The notes beneath the pieces were generated by a model that had not been told where the DNA came from, did no database searches, and saw nothing but the letters and a program-made list of their open reading frames with translations. From an uncultured Elusimicrobia bacterium (lineage in GTDB: Bacteria; Elusimicrobiota; Elusimicrobia; 2-01-FULL-59-12): DNA of 64,000 nucleotides. The number at the start of each line of letters is the position of its first letter. Positions within the stretch are counted from its first letter, which is position 1. This document shows positions 1-10,600 of the stretch, piece after piece. The DNA lies in contig OY969767.1 of assembly GCA_963702895.1 (NCBI GenBank), positions 1,856,001 through 1,920,000 on the forward strand, written 5' to 3'. Position numbers and translations under genes: made by a program.

Positions 1-1
1 C

Positions 2-130
2 GTCCAGGCATCCCTGACGGATTTGTCGATTGCCGAAATGGCGCGCCATCACCGCTGTCTCCTTCTCACCGAAGATAAGGAATTCCGACCCATAGCCCGC
101 GTGATCTCTTTTCAATTCTTTCTCTCCTGA
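2..130 (+). CDS. C-terminal fragment of a PIN-domain (VapC-like) toxin, truncated by the window edge
   Basis: Frame 2 reads VQASLTDLSIAEMARHHRCLLLTEDKEFRPIARVISFQFFLS*, matching the PIN C-terminal pattern SLxDxxIA...LLTxDxxF. Confidence 0.7.
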   Translation, partial: VQASLTDLSIAEMARHHRCLLLTEDKEFRPIARVISFQFFLS

Positions 131-140
131 ACACACAACA

Positions 141-310
141 CCTTGGGGCGGATCTTTAGCACCATGGGGCGGAGCTTTGGCACCGTGGGGCGGATTCGCC
201 GTACCGTGAGGCAGATCTTTAGCACCGTAAGGCGGATCCGATGTACGGTACCGAAAATCCGCCGTACGGAACCGAGAATCCGCCGTACGGAACCGAGAAT
301 CCGCCGTTCG
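141..310. repeat. Degenerate 21-bp tandem repeat, about 8 units (later units CCGTACGGAACCGAGAATCCG)
   Basis: Visible 21-bp periodicity; the same unit occurs about 3 times at 1542-1612. Confidence 0.85.
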
Positions 311-348
311 CTTGATCAATCCATGATATGCCACATTCCGTCCGAATA
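243..348. repeat. 106-bp direct repeat of 1546-1651, containing a copy of the last 10 codons and stop of the giant gene
   Basis: 100/106 identity by manual alignment; minus strand reads YSDGMWHIMD* versus YSEGMWHIMD* at the real gene end. Confidence 0.9.
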
Positions 349-451
349 CCGGCGATAACGGCAGCGCAGAGCGATCAGAGAAAAGCGCAGAGCTCTCAGC
401 TTGCCGCTGTTCGCTTCTCGCTGCTTGCTGCCGTGACTTATCCGATGATCG

Positions 452-675
452 CTCGTCTCTCATCGCTCGTCTCTCATCTCTCGTTTCTCTGCTCTCGTTT
501 CTCGTCTCTCATCTCTCTGCTCTCGTTTCTCGTCTCTCATCTCTCGTTTCTCTGCTCTCGTTTCTCTGCTCTCGTTTCTCTGCTCTCGTTTCTCATCTCT
601 GCTCGCTCTTCGCTGCTCGCTACCGCGACTTGTCTGATGAGCGCTCGTTTCTCATCTGTCGTCCCTCATCTTTCG
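452..675. repeat. Degenerate heptamer tandem array (CTCGTTT/CTCATCT/CTCTGCT)
   Basis: About 30 units with 7-bp periodicity, pyrimidine-rich on the + strand. Confidence 0.85.
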
Positions 676-679
676 TCTA

Positions 680-688
680 TGGTATACT
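680..688 (+). promoter_or_regulatory. Extended -10 element (TGGTATACT) 7 nt before the DUF433 ATG; probable leaderless promoter
   Basis: TGn-TATACT motif; no SD sequence before ATG 696. Confidence 0.55.
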
Positions 689-695
689 GCTTCCC

Positions 696-929
696 ATGAA
701 GCGCATTTCCATTAATCCTCGTATTCGCTTCGGCAAGCCCTGCATCAAAGGGACGCGGATTGCCGTGGTCGATATTTTGAATCTCGTTTCTGCCGGTTAC
801 TCCGTTCATGAAATTCCGGGCCAGCTTCCCCGCCTGACGAGGAAAGACGTGCTCGCCGCCCTGGCTTTTGCCAGCCGTCTCTCCGAAGAGCCCACGAAGA
901 TCTTCGCCCGCTCCAGCGCCTCGAGATAG
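696..929 (+). CDS. DUF433-family antitoxin
   Basis: ISINPRIRFGKPCIKGTRIAV...LTRKDVLAALAFA signature; directly upstream of a DUF5615 gene. Confidence 0.9.
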   Translation: MKRISINPRIRFGKPCIKGTRIAVVDILNLVSAGYSVHEIPGQLPRLTRKDVLAALAFASRLSEEPTKIFARSSASR

Positions 930-932
930 CCG

Positions 933-1289
933 ATGCGTCTTTTTGCAGATCAGTGCGTGCATGCTGATCTGGTCGAGGCGCTTCGTCAGCAGGGCCACCG
1001 CATACAGCTGGCGGCTGAAGCAGGACTCGCCCGAGCGGATGATGACGCGATCTTTCACCATGCCGTGAAAACCTCGCAGATTCTTCTGACCATGGACAAA
1101 GACTTCGGCAATATTGTGCGATTTGATGTTCGGCACTGCCGGGGCATTGTGCTGATCGACATCGATCGGATGTCCAGAAGCTTTCTGATTCGCCGTGCTC
1201 TGGATTTTTTCAGCCGGACCGCTGAAGAGCGCCTCCAGGGATCGCTCTGGATGATCGGCATCAAAGGCATCAAAAACTGGCCGCGGTAA
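933..1289 (+). CDS. DUF5615-family PIN-like toxin
   Basis: MRLFADQCV...DDDAIF...ILLTMDKDFG motifs; paired with DUF433. Confidence 0.88.
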   Translation: MRLFADQCVHADLVEALRQQGHRIQLAAEAGLARADDDAIFHHAVKTSQILLTMDKDFGNIVRFDVRHCRGIVLIDIDRMSRSFLIRRALDFFSRTAEERLQGSLWMIGIKGIKNWPR

Positions 1290-1618
1290 CGCACCGGTCT
1301 TCCCTTTGTGATTTGCAACACCTTGGGGACCGTCCCCAAGCCGTAAAGGGCCGTCTTTTGCTGTCTCTGCCTCATGCTGCCTCCGCCGTTCTGGCCATTC
1401 TGCCGTCCTGGCTTTTCCGCCGTTCGGCTGATCCGTCCCGCACACGCTTCCCGCCACTGAGACACAGGCGGGCCCGCCTTGCAGTAGTGGCGGGCGCGTG
1501 TAGGGACTGTCCCTGCCTCGGCCGCAGGCCGATGGCCGGGACGCCGTACGGAACCGAGGATCCGCCGTACGGAACCGAGGATCCGCCGTACGGAACCGAG
1601 AATCCGCCGTACGCTTGA

Positions 1619-4600
1619 TCAATCCATGATATGCCACATTCCCTCCGAATATTTGTGCATTCCCCAGCGCACCTTGTTCGACGGATCGTTGCGCTCAAAG
1701 TTTTCCCCGCCCAGGATACCCGAATAGCGCTGCAGCGTCCAGAGCAGCCCGGCGTCTGATCCTACCACCGAGATATTGTAGTTCGCGCCGTTGGAGCGGC
1801 TCTTCAGAAATTCCAGAGAATTGAACGTCGCGGTCGACACCACGGCGCTTGCCGTGATATAGGTGCTCGTCGAACTGACGCCCGAGCCTGCGTAGTCAAA
1901 GGTCGCGTTGTTCAGGCTGATGCCGTCTGAGCCACTGAGCCACAAGCCATTTTCATCGACGTTGGTGAAGGTGGCATATTGGACGGTGAAGGTGCCGGAG
2001 GACACAAAGGTGTAGTAGGTGCTTGAACTATCTAACCAACTAACCAACGTTGGAGAAGTCGACACCCCCACCGCCTGGAACCCGGCGCCGGGCGCGACAG
2101 CTATTTTGGAGCGGCCGTTGTTGAAGGTCGAGCTCGAAGGTCCGAAGAGGAGCCTCTTCTGCCAATTGGCGTCGCCCGCGCCGGTGTAGGTTTCACTCGC
2201 ATACGAAAGCGTGAAGGTCGCGCCCGACACTGTGTAATCACCCCAGACCCGCACGGTGCCGGTGTCAAAGCTTTGGTTGTAGGAGATCAGATAGTTGCCG
2301 GCCTTGTTGAAGCCGGTGATGGGCAGGGCGAAGGTCGGGTTGACCCGGACTGCTTTCAGGGTCAGGTTGTCCGTATAGCCTTCATGTAGATAAATTTCCG
2401 TCGTGTTAGGCCGGCTGTTCCCGAGAGCGTCGTACCCCAGACTACCGCCAGTCAGAACATTCCCGGTGGTATTTTGCACTCGAACGCCGTTGGTGTTGCC
2501 GTAAATGGTATTGGAACTGATGGTATTGCCTCCACCTGAGCCCACCTGCAAGAAAAGTCCCACTACATTCGAATAGATATTGTTAAAAGAGATGTTATTG
2601 TTGTTCGAATTGTATGACGCAATACCGCCATCGATAGCCGTTTGTTTGAAGACGTTATTGCCGCGGACCGTATGACCACCGCTGGTGCTATTCAACATGA
2701 TGCCTTCCTTGCCATTGGCATAGATGTTATTGCCGGTCACGACATTCCCCGACCCGCCCGTGACCATCACGCCAATGTCGGCACAGGCGTAGATATTGTT
2801 CGACGCGAAAGTCCCGTTAGTCGACTGCGGAACGAGGCCTCGGTAGCCGTGGTGGATCGTCGAGCTGGAAACTGATCCGGTCGCGCCGGTCCTTAACCAG
2901 ACGCCTTGTTGGTACCATATGTCGGCGCCCAAATATGCGAACTCACCGTAGTTGACGTCGAAGCTGGTGGTGTGCGCCGCAAGGCTGTAGAGATAGGCGG
3001 TGTTGGTGGCCGTACTCGTGCCCGAGGACCGGATGACAGCGTTACGTGAAAGATTGCCCACCCTCACGGTCATCGTTGCGTAATGAATTTGGCCCAGTCC
3101 CGGCGCGTAGCTGCTGATGGTCGTGCCGCTGATCGCCGCGATGGTGACGGCCTCGGTGTCGATCGTGATCGTATCGCCGACCTGCCACCCGGTGGCGTCC
3201 CCGACCGAGAAACTGGTCACACCCGGTCCGACGGTCCCGGCGCCGGTCACCGTGGTGAACGGCGTCTTGGTGCTGCCGCGCACGACAAAGTTGCCGCCGT
3301 TGTTCACGATGAGGCCATACTGCCCCGCGTAAGTTCCTGAAGACAAGATGAGGGTGGCCGTGGACCCCGCCACGATGGGGTTGGCCGCGGTGCCCAGGGT
3401 GAGGGTCCCGCCCGCGGCCACCGTCATGTCGCCGCCCACCATGGTGAGGGTGCTCGAGTCCACCGTGCTAAACGCCAGGGTGCCGTTAATCGTGGTGGTG
3501 GAGGCCGTGGCACTGGAAATATCGAGGGTCACCGTGTGGCCCGCGGCGATCACCACCGGGTTACAGGAAGTCGGCACATAGCCCTTGTCCCAGGTGCTCT
3601 CCAAGCCCCAGGAGCCCGTCCCCACACTGGTCACGGTTTCGCAGCCGTAGCCCCAGGTGATCTTGTTCGAGGTGTCGTTTTGTTCAAAGGCGTCGCCCGC
3701 CAGGGCCCCTTCGTAGCCGCCGTTGGCCCACTGGAGACCCGTGCTGGAACCTGCGATCGTGTAGTTGTATTTGTTCGTGAGCGCCGCATCGCCATTATTG
3801 CCGTAGTGGACGCCGATCAAGGTGACGGTGCTTTGGGTGACGTCGTTCAAGCTCAGGAGCCTTCCCGCTGTGACCCCGGCGCGTCCGCCGACATAGTCAA
3901 ACGTCGAATACCGGACAAAGAAAGGCCCGGTGCCAGAAAGCTGGATGCCGTCTTCGTCCATGCGAGTGAAGGAAGCGTGCTGCACGGTGAACATCCCGGA
4001 GGAGACAAAGGTGTAGTAGGTGGCGGAGCTGTCCAGCCAATCCACGATGGTCGGGTACCCCGATACTCCGATACTCCGATACCCCGCTCCGGGCGCTATG
4101 GTGATTTTTGAGCGGCCGGTGTTGTTGTTCCATGTCGATCCAGTTGTTGCCGATTTTCCAAATAACAATTTCTTCTGGACGTTCTGGTCCTGGGAAGCGG
4201 CCAAGAGCGCGAAGTCAAGGAAGTCGCCATCAACCGGCGTCGCGCCGACCACGGTGAGATGGAACTGGGGACCCGCGGCGGGGCAGTCTGTGCTGCCGCC
4301 CGCAGCGCCCGAAATTGTGCAGAGCGTGCCCGGCGTGCTGGATCCTGTCACTTCCCAGCGCGTCAAGGCGCTGTTGTAGGTGATCGTGATGAGTTGGCTC
4401 ACGGCATTGGCGTCGCTTGTCCAGGTGACGCTGGAAGTGTGCGTGCCGCCGACGGCGCGCTTGAGGCTCGGCATCGTGGCGCTCGACTGGTAGAGCCTGG
4501 ACGCGTAATCCAAGGCCATGGTGGATCCGGAAACCGCGTAATTACCGTAGACGCGGACCGTGCCGGTCGCAAAGTCCTGGTTGTAGGAGAGGACGTAATT

Positions 4601-7600
4601 CCCGGGGTTGTTAAAACCATTCAGAAAGATGCCCGGTGAAGGGTTCACCCGGGTGTTTTTCATCAGGAGGGTTTCGGCATTGGAAGAGTTGTTGAAATAG
4701 ATCTCGGCCGTCCCATTCGCGCTGGGTGCGCCGGCCGCGTCGTAGCCGAAGCGGCTGTCGATCACGACGTTGTGGGTCGAGTTCTCAACATGAATCCCGA
4801 TGTTGCTATTTCCCCAGACATTGTTTCCGATCAAGGTGTTGTTCGTGACAGCGTTATAGAGCTGCAATCCGTAGCTCGTATTCCCCGACACTTGGTTGCC
4901 GATCAGGATAATGTTGCTCACCGAATCTCGAATATTGATTCCCAGGCCTTGATTCCCTACCACGTTGTTGCCGCTCAAGGTGTTGTTGGAGCCCGTAATC
5001 CTGATTGCGTCACCCCCGCTATTGCCCGACACGGTGTTTCCACTGAGGGTGTTGTTCGCCGAGGCGATGCTGATGCCTCCGTCCGTATTGCCCGACACGA
5101 TGTTTCCGCTGTAGGTGTTTTGTGTGGAAGTGCCGTAGTGAGAGATTCCGGCGAGGAGGTTCCCCAGCACCCGGTTGCCGCTAAAGATGTTATGGATAGA
5201 GCTGTTGGAGACTAGAATGCCAGACGCGGCGTTTCCGGACACGATGTTGCCGCTGACGGTGTTGGTGGACGCGTTGCTGAACACTATCCCGATATACGCC
5301 ATCCGATAGATCACGTTCTGGTTGATGTGGATACCTTGCGCTCCCGATCTGAGAGTGACCCCGCTGTAGCCGTCATGCACCGTGGAGCTCGAAATTGATC
5401 CCTTCGCCGCAGTCCCATCCCAGGCGAGGCCGTATCGGCGCGCGTCGAACGCTGCCCCCAGAAAGGTGAACTCGCCGTAGGTCAGACTGAAGCTCGTGGC
5501 GCTTCTTGCCAGGTTCTGGATGTAAGCCGTGTTGGCCAGGGTGTCGGTCCCCGAGGAACGCACGACGGCGTTCCGCGTGAGGTTGGCCACGATGGTCGGC
5601 GTCGAGGCGTAATGGTTGATCGTCAAGGCCGGCGTAAAGCTCAAGTTTCCGCCGTCAATCGAGGTAAGGGTCACGGCTTCGGTGTCGATGGTGATCAGGT
5701 CGCCGTTCGACCAGCCGGTGACCGGCGCGACGACGGACACGGAGGTCGCGCCGGGTCCGACGTCCGACGTCGCCGTCGTGTAGGGGGTTTTGGTACTGCC
5801 GTAAACCACGAAGTTGCCGCCGTTGTTGACGATGAGACCGTACTGCCCAGCATAAGTACCAGAAGCGAGAATTAGAGAAGCGAGAGCAGGAGAAACGAGA
5901 GGGTCGGCTGCCGTGCCCAGGGTCAGGGTCCCGCCGGCGGCCACCGTCATGCCGCCGCCCACCATCGTCAAGGTGCTCGAGTTCACCGTGCTGAATTGCA
6001 GCGTGCCGTTAATGGTGGTGGTCGAGGCCGTGGCACTGGAAATATCGAGGGTCACCGTGTGGCCCGCCGCAATCACCACCGGATTGCAGGAGGTCGGCAC
6101 ATACCCTTTGTCCCAGGTGCTGTCGAGTCCCCAGCTCGCGCTTGCCACTGAGGTCACGGTTTCGCAGCCGTAGCCCCAGGTGATCTTGTTCGAGGTGTCG
6201 TTTTGTTCAAAGGCGTCGCCCGCCAAGGCCCCTTCGTAGCCGCCGTTGGCCCACTGGAGACCCGTGCTGGAACCTAGGATCGTGTAGTTGTATTTGTTTG
6301 TGAGCGCCGCGTCGCCATTATTGCCGTAGTGGACGCCGATCAAGGTGACGGTGCTTTGGGTGACGTCGTTCAAGCTCAGGAGCCTTCCCGCCGTGACGCC
6401 GGCGCGTCCGCCGACATAGTCAAACGTCGAATACCGGACAAAGAAAGGCCCGGTGCCAGAAAGCTGGATGCCGTCTTCGTCCATGCGAGTGAAGGAAGCG
6501 TGCTGCACGGTGAACATCCCGGAGGAGACAAAGGTGTAGTAGGTGCTCGAACTACCCAACCAACTCACGAGCGTCGGCGCCGCAGGCACTCCCACTGCTC
6601 TGAACCCGGCTCCGGGTGCAACCGTGATCTTGGATCTCCCCGTATTGTTGTTCCAGGTCGATCCCGACGTCGCCGACTTGCCAAAGAGGAGCTTCTTCTG
6701 CACGCCGGCGTCTTGCGAAGCGGCCAGAAGCGCAAAGTCGGCCATGTCCCCCGCGGCCGGCGTGGTGTAGGTGACGGTGAGCATGAACTGCGTGGGTCCG
6801 GCCGCGGGGAAAGGCTTACTCACTCCTGAGGTGTTGTAACTCCCCATGTATCCCGTGCTGCTCCCCTGCACTTCCCATGCGAGCCCTGTCCAAGTGATGG
6901 TCACAAGCTGCGAAACGGCGGTTGTGTCCGAGGTGGAGTTCACCGCGAAGGTGGAGCCTGAACCCCACATCACTTTGAGGTTCGTGGCCGTTGAGGTGTA
7001 GAGTTGGGAAGCGTAGTCCAGCGTGAGTGTGGAACCCACAATGTTGTAGTCCCCATAGACCTGGAGAGTACCGGGGTTTGTGCTGTAGTTCACGAGGTAT
7101 GAGCCGGCTGTCGTAAAGCCTGTGGTCTGAATGCCAGGGGTGGGATTGACCCATGAGTTTTTCAGGACCAGGGTCGTTGAACTGGCCCCATGCAGTTCGA
7201 TTTCGGGGTTGCCATTAGGGAGAGAAACCGCCGCGCTCGAATAGCCGATGAAGCAGTCGACACAAATATTATCTTTGGAGCCACCCCAACTGTCGATTCC
7301 CGCTACGTTCGAATACAGGCTGTTGGCTATCAGGATGTTGCTGTTAACGCCTTCGAGAGCAAATCCATCGTTGTTGCCATACACTAAATTTGAAACGATC
7401 GTATTGTTGTTGGCACTTCCAACCATATAAAGCCCGCTGCTGGTATTGGAGAAGATCCGGTTGAGGGTTAGGCTGTTGTTGGTTGCCCCATTCATGCCGA
7501 ATCCCCCGGCGCCGTTCCGATAGACATAGTTCGAGTTGAAGGTGTTGTAGTGAGAACCAAACCCGACATCAAAACCGCCGCCGCTACTCGCATAAACGTT

Positions 7601-10600
7601 GTTCGAGGTGAACGCTGTGCTTAAGGTGCTGCGGACGTAATAGCCTTGTGTGTTGTTGTAGATATTGTTCATCAACATGAGCGCGCTGTTCGCCCCATAT
7701 AAATGTATTCCATAGTAACCATTTCGCACCGTTGAACTGGAAATGGAGCCCCTAGGGTACCCTAGCCCGACATAAGTCAAGGAGACGCCGCAGGTGTTAT
7801 TTCCAGTACAGCTATTGCTGTTACCTAAGTAAATGAATTCTCCGTAGGTCACAACGAAACTGGTCGCGTTTTCGACTAGACTCTTGAGGTAAGCGGTGTT
7901 CGCTGATGTATTGGTACCGGAAGAGCGCACGACCGCGTTGCGCGTGAGGTTGGCCACGATGAGCGGCATGGTCGAATAATAGGCTGAGATGGTCCCCGGC
8001 GTGAAGTCGACGCCCGAGCCCGAGAAGCCGGTGATCGTGGCAGTCACCGAGTCGATCGTGATCAGGTCGCCCACGTTCCAACCGGTCATCGGTCCCACGA
8101 CATCCACATGCGTGGCGGATTTCGCTACATCCGCGGTGGCCGTGGTGTAAGGTGTCTTCGTAGCTCCATAAACAACGAAGTTCCCGCCGTTGTTCACGAT
8201 GAGACCGTACTGCCCAGCATAAGTACCAGAAGCGAGAATTAGAGAAGCGAGAGCAGGAGAAACGAGAGGGGCGGCTGCCGTGCCCAGCGTAAGGGTCCCA
8301 CCCGCGGCGACTGTCATATTGCCGCCGACCATGGTGAGGGTGCTCGAGTTCACTGTGCTAAACGCCAGGGTGCCGTTAATCGTGGTGGTCGAGGCCGTGG
8401 CACTGGAAATATCGAGGGTCACCGTGTGGCCCGCCGCGATCACGACCGGGTTGCAGGAGGTCGGCACGTACCCTTTGTCCCAGGTGCTGTCGAGTCCCCA
8501 GCTCGCGCTTGCCACTGAGGTCACGGTTTCACAGCCTCTCCCCCACAAGATCTTGTTGGAGGTGTCGTTCTGCTCAAAGGCGTCGCCCGCCAGGGCTCCC
8601 TCGTAGCCGCCGTTGGCCCACTGGAGACCCGTGCTGGAACCTAGGATCGTGTAGTTGTATTTGTTTGTGAGCGCCGCGTCGCCATTATTGCCGTAGTGGA
8701 CGCCGATCAAGGTGACGGTGCTTTGGGTGACGTCGTTCAAGCTCAGGAGCCTTCCCGCCGTGACGCCGGCGCGTCCGCCGACATAGTCAAACGTCGAATA
8801 CCGGACAAAGAAAGGCCCGGTGCCAGAAAGCTGGATGCCGTCTTCGTCCATGCGAGTGAAGGAAGCGTGCTGCACGGTGAACATCCCGGAGGAGACAAAG
8901 GTGTAGTAGGTGCTTGAACTATCTAACCAACTAACCAACGTTGGAGAAGTCGACACCCCCACCGCCTGGAACCCGGCGCCAGGGGCGACTGTCAACTTAG
9001 AACGGCCGGTGTTGTTGTTCCAGGTGGAACCAGAACTGGCTGATTTCCCAAACTTGAGTTTCTTCTGGAGGTTCTGGTCCTGGGAAGCGGCCAAGAGCGC
9101 GAAGTCAAGGAAGTCGCCATCAACCGGCGTCGCGCCGACCACGGTGAGATGGAACTGGGGACCCGCGGCGGGGCAGTCTGTGCTGCCGCCCGCAGCGCCC
9201 GAAATTGTGCAGAGCGTGCCCGGAGTAGACGACCCGGAGACCTCCCAGCGCGTCAAGGCGCTGTTGTAGGTGATCGTGATGAGCTGGCTCACGGCATTGG
9301 CGTCGCTCGTCCAGGTGACGCTGGAAGTGTGCGTGCCGCCGACCGCGCGCTTTAAGCTCGGTGTCGTAGCGCTCGATAGATAGAGCCTGGAGGCATAGTC
9401 CAGCGCCAGCGTCGAGCCGGAGACCGTGTAGTCGCCATACACCCGAACGGTGCCGGTATCCAAGTCCTGGTTGTAGGAGAGGAGGTAATTGCCGGGGCGG
9501 TTAAAGCCCGTAAGGTTGATCCCCACGGTGGGGTTGACGCGCGTGTTTTTCAGGAGGAGGGTTTCGGCGTTCGCGGTGTTGAAGGAGATCTCGGCCGTGC
9601 CATCCGCGCTGGGTGCGCCGGCCGCGTCGTAGCCGAAGCGGCTGTCGATCACGACGTTGTGGGTCGAGTTCTCAACATGAATCCCGATGTTGCTATTTCC
9701 CCAGACATTGTTTCCGATCAAGGTGTTGTTCGTGACAGCGTTATAGAGCTGCAATCCGTAGCTCGTATTCCCCGACACTTGGTTGCCGATCAGGATAATG
9801 TTGCTCACCGAATCTCGAATATTGATTCCCAGGCCTTGATTCCCTACCACGTTGTTGCCGCTCAAGGTGTTGTTGGAGCCCGTAATCCTGATTGCGTCAC
9901 CCCCGCTATTGCCCGACACGGTGTTTCCACTGAGGGTGTTGTTCGCCGAGGCGATGCTGATGCCTCCGTCCGTATTGCCCGACACGAGGTTTCCGCTGTA
10001 GGTGTTTTGTGTGGAAGTGCCGTAGTGAGAGATTCCGGCGAGGAGGTTCCCCAGCACCCGGTTGCCGCTAAAGATGTTATGGATAGAGCTGTTGGAGACT
10101 AGAATGCCAGACGCGGCGTTTCCGGACACGATGTTGCCGCTGACGGTGTTGGTGGACGCGTTGCTGAACACTATCCCGATATACGCCATCCGATAGATCA
10201 CGTTCTGGTTGATGTGGATACCTTGCGCTCCCGATCTGAGAGTGACCCCGCTGTAGCCGTCATGCACCGTGGAGCTCGAAATTGATCCCTTCGCCGCAGT
10301 CCCATCCCAGGCGAGGCCGTATCGGCGCGCGTCGAACGCTGCCCCCAGAAAGGCGAACTCGCCGTAGGTCAGACTGAAGCTCGTGGCGCTTCTTGCCAGG
10401 TTCTGGATGTAAGCCGTGTTGGCCAGGGTGTCGGTCCCCGAGGAACGCACGACGGCGTTCCGCGTGAGGTTGGCCACGATGGTCGGCGTCGAGGCGTAAT
10501 GGTTGATCGTCAAGGCCGGCGTAAAGCTCAAGTTTCCGCCGTCAATCGAGGTAAGGGTCACGGCTTCGGTGTCGATCGTGATCAGGTCGCCGTTCTGCCA

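Noticed and set aside
141..310. CRISPR or coding repeat in the 21-bp tandems (also 35972-36087)
   Set aside because: Units are contiguous with no spacers; ORFs over them (143-358, 666-1637, 35889-36080) are repeat-derived low-complexity translations.
243..1651. DGR template/variable repeat pair for the giant gene C-terminus
   Set aside because: Only 10 codons overlap the gene, the single coding difference is C/G rather than adenine-specific, and no reverse transcriptase is in the window.
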